Positions 61,821 to 64,000 of a stretch of DNA of 64,000 nt are shown here, piece by piece (within the stretch, counting starts at the first letter, position 1; the number at the start of each line of letters is the position of its first letter). The notes below the pieces were generated by a model. The model ran no database searches. It was not told the DNA's origin and saw nothing but the letters and a program-made list of their open reading frames with translations. Origin of the DNA: Desulfatiglandales bacterium (GTDB taxonomy: Bacteria; Desulfobacterota; DSM-4660; Desulfatiglandales; Desulfatiglandaceae); NCBI GenBank assembly GCA_963662465.1, contig OY759599.1, positions 3,936,001 to 4,000,000 of the forward strand, read 5' to 3'. The position numbers and the translations under genes were made by a program.

Positions 61821-62152
61821 AAACAGTTACCTACAAGGGATACATCGCCAAAATCGAACCGGATCTTGATGACGGCATTCTTGTCGGACGGGTCATCAAT
61901 ACCCGGGATATCATCGGGTTTCACGGTGAAACCATTTCTGAAACCATCGAAAGCTTTCATTCGGCCATTGAGGCGTACCTTAAAGACTGCCGCCAGAGGG
62001 GTATCGACCCGAAAAAGCCCTATTCGGGCAAATTCAACCTCCGTCTTCCCCCAAAACTTCACAGCGAGATTTCAACTGCGGCGATAAAATCGGGTAAGAG
62101 CCTTAACCAGTGGGTTATCGAAAAGCTTGAACAGTCTCATCATCGTGGTTAA
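61817..62152 (+). CDS. hicB: HicB antitoxin
   Basis: YKGYIAKIE, GFHGET, PKKPYSGKFNLRL, GKSLNQW. Confidence 0.92.
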   Translation: MKTVTYKGYIAKIEPDLDDGILVGRVINTRDIIGFHGETISETIESFHSAIEAYLKDCRQRGIDPKKPYSGKFNLRLPPKLHSEISTAAIKSGKSLNQWVIEKLEQSHHRG

Positions 62153-62422
62153 AAGGTTGCGTATTAGAACGGTGCTCATTCTTTTATTATTTCGCTATGC
62201 TTCCATTCCGTTTTTATGATAGCATTAAAGTTATCGCATTGATGGGTATGATTGGGACAGGGCAAATTTGTTCTATTTGTAAACCTTTGATATCAAAACC
62301 TTATGAAGGACACATCAATTCAAACAAATCAATGGATTAGCGTTAGAACAAATTCACCGTGATGATTGGGAGTCTGATTATACTATCATGCAAAAAATCA
62401 TGAGCAAAAAAACGAGGACAAT

Positions 62423-63463
62423 ATGAGAACTGAAAGAACCCTGATAATTTTTCTTTTACTATCCCTTTTGTTCGGGCTGACAGGCGGATGCGGCGGCAAC
62501 AGCGACGATGCGGCGAATCCCGAACCGGAAACCGGGAAGTTCGATCTCGAAACCGCGATTAAACTCGGAGAACTGAGCCTGGTGGCCTATGAACAGCTGG
62601 AGCAGTGTATAGACTCCGGCAAAGACGCAATCACCGTACCTGCGCCTTATACGCTGGAGGAGGTTCTGTTCGAAGGTGTGGACAGCGAGATTAACCCCAC
62701 GTGCAAAGATGATACGAGTGTGGCGCCGATTGCGTTTATAGCCACAGAGGGGGACAATATATACCTGGCTTTCAGGGGGACGGCCAATATCGCCGACGCG
62801 CTTTCCGACGTCCTTGATATTCAGGTTCCCTATACCCTGGTGCCCGACGGCGGAAACGTGTCGGAGGGATTCCTGAACAAATATATGGGAACCGATGTGA
62901 ACCCGATACGGCCCGACATCCTCAGCAAACTGAACGCGCTTGTTAAGACGGGCAATTACAACAACCTTTATATGACGGGGCACAGCATGGGGGGAGCGCT
63001 CGCGGTTACCGCCTTCCCCGATCTCTCTCAAAATATATCTATTGCAAACTTGTTCATGTATAACTTCGCGGGACCCGGAGTGGGGGACAGCAAATTCGTA
63101 AGCACCTATGAGGGGGAGTACGGTGCGAGCAGCGTGAGTTGGAGAATAACGAACACGAACGACCTCGTTCCGAAGCTTCCGCCGCTCGGCCTCGACTGCA
63201 CGGATCTCATGTACGAACACGTAAGTGGAAAGCATGAAATAACCTTTGGCGTTACCCTTCCGGATCTTCCCGATTTCAGTGACTTCGATTGCAACCAGGT
63301 AGCAATAAACGCGGCTATCCTTGCCTATGGTGTTTCAAACCGGGAGGATATCATAACAGACCACAAAATGTGTACTTATTTCAAAACGCTCTGCATGCAG
63401 GGCGCCGACCCTTCCACCTGTGACGAAAGGGCAATCGGGTGCGACGGGGACGACAGCGAGTGA
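62423..63463 (+). CDS. Class 3 lipase lipoprotein
   Basis: Lipobox LTGGC, AFRGT, TGHSMGGA, DLVPKLP. Confidence 0.88.
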   Translation: MRTERTLIIFLLLSLLFGLTGGCGGNSDDAANPEPETGKFDLETAIKLGELSLVAYEQLEQCIDSGKDAITVPAPYTLEEVLFEGVDSEINPTCKDDTSVAPIAFIATEGDNIYLAFRGTANIADALSDVLDIQVPYTLVPDGGNVSEGFLNKYMGTDVNPIRPDILSKLNALVKTGNYNNLYMTGHSMGGALAVTAFPDLSQNISIANLFMYNFAGPGVGDSKFVSTYEGEYGASSVSWRITNTNDLVPKLPPLGLDCTDLMYEHVSGKHEITFGVTLPDLPDFSDFDCNQVAINAAILAYGVSNREDIITDHKMCTYFKTLCMQGADPSTCDERAIGCDGDDSE

Positions 63464-63578
63464 GTGCAAAAAAACACTTCAAGTCCAGTCACCCGGGTGT
63501 AAATCACGGCTGTTGGAGAATCAAGCTGTCAACTGTTTCAGAGTGTCGGTGGTTTGGTCGCAAGTGGCCACATTTGTT

Positions 63579-63647
63579 GTGCGACTAAAGTCGCACCTAC
63601 AACGGTGCATCACTGGTCTCGGGATGTAGGTGCGAATTCATTCGCAC
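63579..63647. repeat. Inverted pair of GTAG-type REP sequences between convergent genes
   Basis: GTAGGTGCGACTTTAGTCGCAC (minus) and GTAGGTGCGAATTCATTCGCAC (plus). Confidence 0.7.
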
Positions 63648-63720
63648 ATTTTTCCTTCGTTCCCGAGACCAATGGAATCGAGGGACTCTCCAACAGTCTT
63701 GATTCGCACCCCAGCCACCC

Positions 63721-64000
63721 TCATTTTGATGGCCGGAACAGCTTGTAATCCGTATACCCTTCCGGTCCCGGTGAATACCACAAAGACATATCTTCAGCCG
63801 GATTTATGGGCCGGTGATGTTGGAATCGTTCGGGCAAATCCGGGTTTGTGATAAATGGCCTGCCAAAAGCAATCATATCGGCATGACCCTCCGAGATGGC
63901 TTTTTCTGCTGTTTCCTGATGATAACCACAATTCCCCATCAGCATTCCCTGAAAAATCGGCCGGAATTCCGCCAATGTCATTGGTTCGCCCTTTCCGTGA
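63721..64000 (-). CDS. Old yellow enzyme / alkene reductase, C-terminal part (5' end outside window)
   Basis: ADMIAFGRPFITNPDLPERF, EGYTDY. Confidence 0.88.
   Translation of the reverse strand, partial: HGKGEPMTLAEFRPIFQGMLMGNCGYHQETAEKAISEGHADMIAFGRPFITNPDLPERFQHHRPINPAEDMSLWYSPGPEGYTDYKLFRPSK

Overview
A 64-kb window of a probable Desulfobacterota (deltaproteobacterial sulfate reducer) chromosome; the taxon is inferred from gene content only. It has four parts. (1) 1-13.4 kb: housekeeping genes mixed with defence genes: GH13 phosphorylase end, gluconokinase, AbiE type IV TA, a secreted FmdE-like protein, a gammaproteobacterial-like parE-parC pair, YchJ and a DUF4143 ATPase. (2) 13.5-47 kb: a decaying, repeatedly duplicated island of PAS/hybrid histidine kinases with che gene remnants, TA modules and an Rpn nuclease. 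(3) 48-60 kb: an intact sigma54-dependent Liv-type ABC transporter / acyl(aryl)-CoA ligase operon with its two-component activator. (4) 60-64 kb: higBA, a MITE-disrupted hicAB, a lipase lipoprotein and an OYE reductase end. The best candidate for an undescribed system is a 4.7-kb IS21-family element (36926-41650). Its 50-bp inverted repeats enclose a tightly packed Zn-finger, winged-HTH, ParB-like, istA, istB gene run plus a small RHH-like gene, and it appears to end in 5'-CT...AG-3' instead of TG...CA. Other highlights are a duplicated sigma54-driven (CU)n-leader sRNA/attenuator, a twin-ACGAA-loop RNA leader upstream of the FmdE-like gene, a stand-alone Fis-HTH at the head of a sigma54 operon, an intragenic RpnS-type antitoxin start, and IS66-type MITEs including a 25-bp minimal one. 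All calls come from reading the sequence; no database searches were run.
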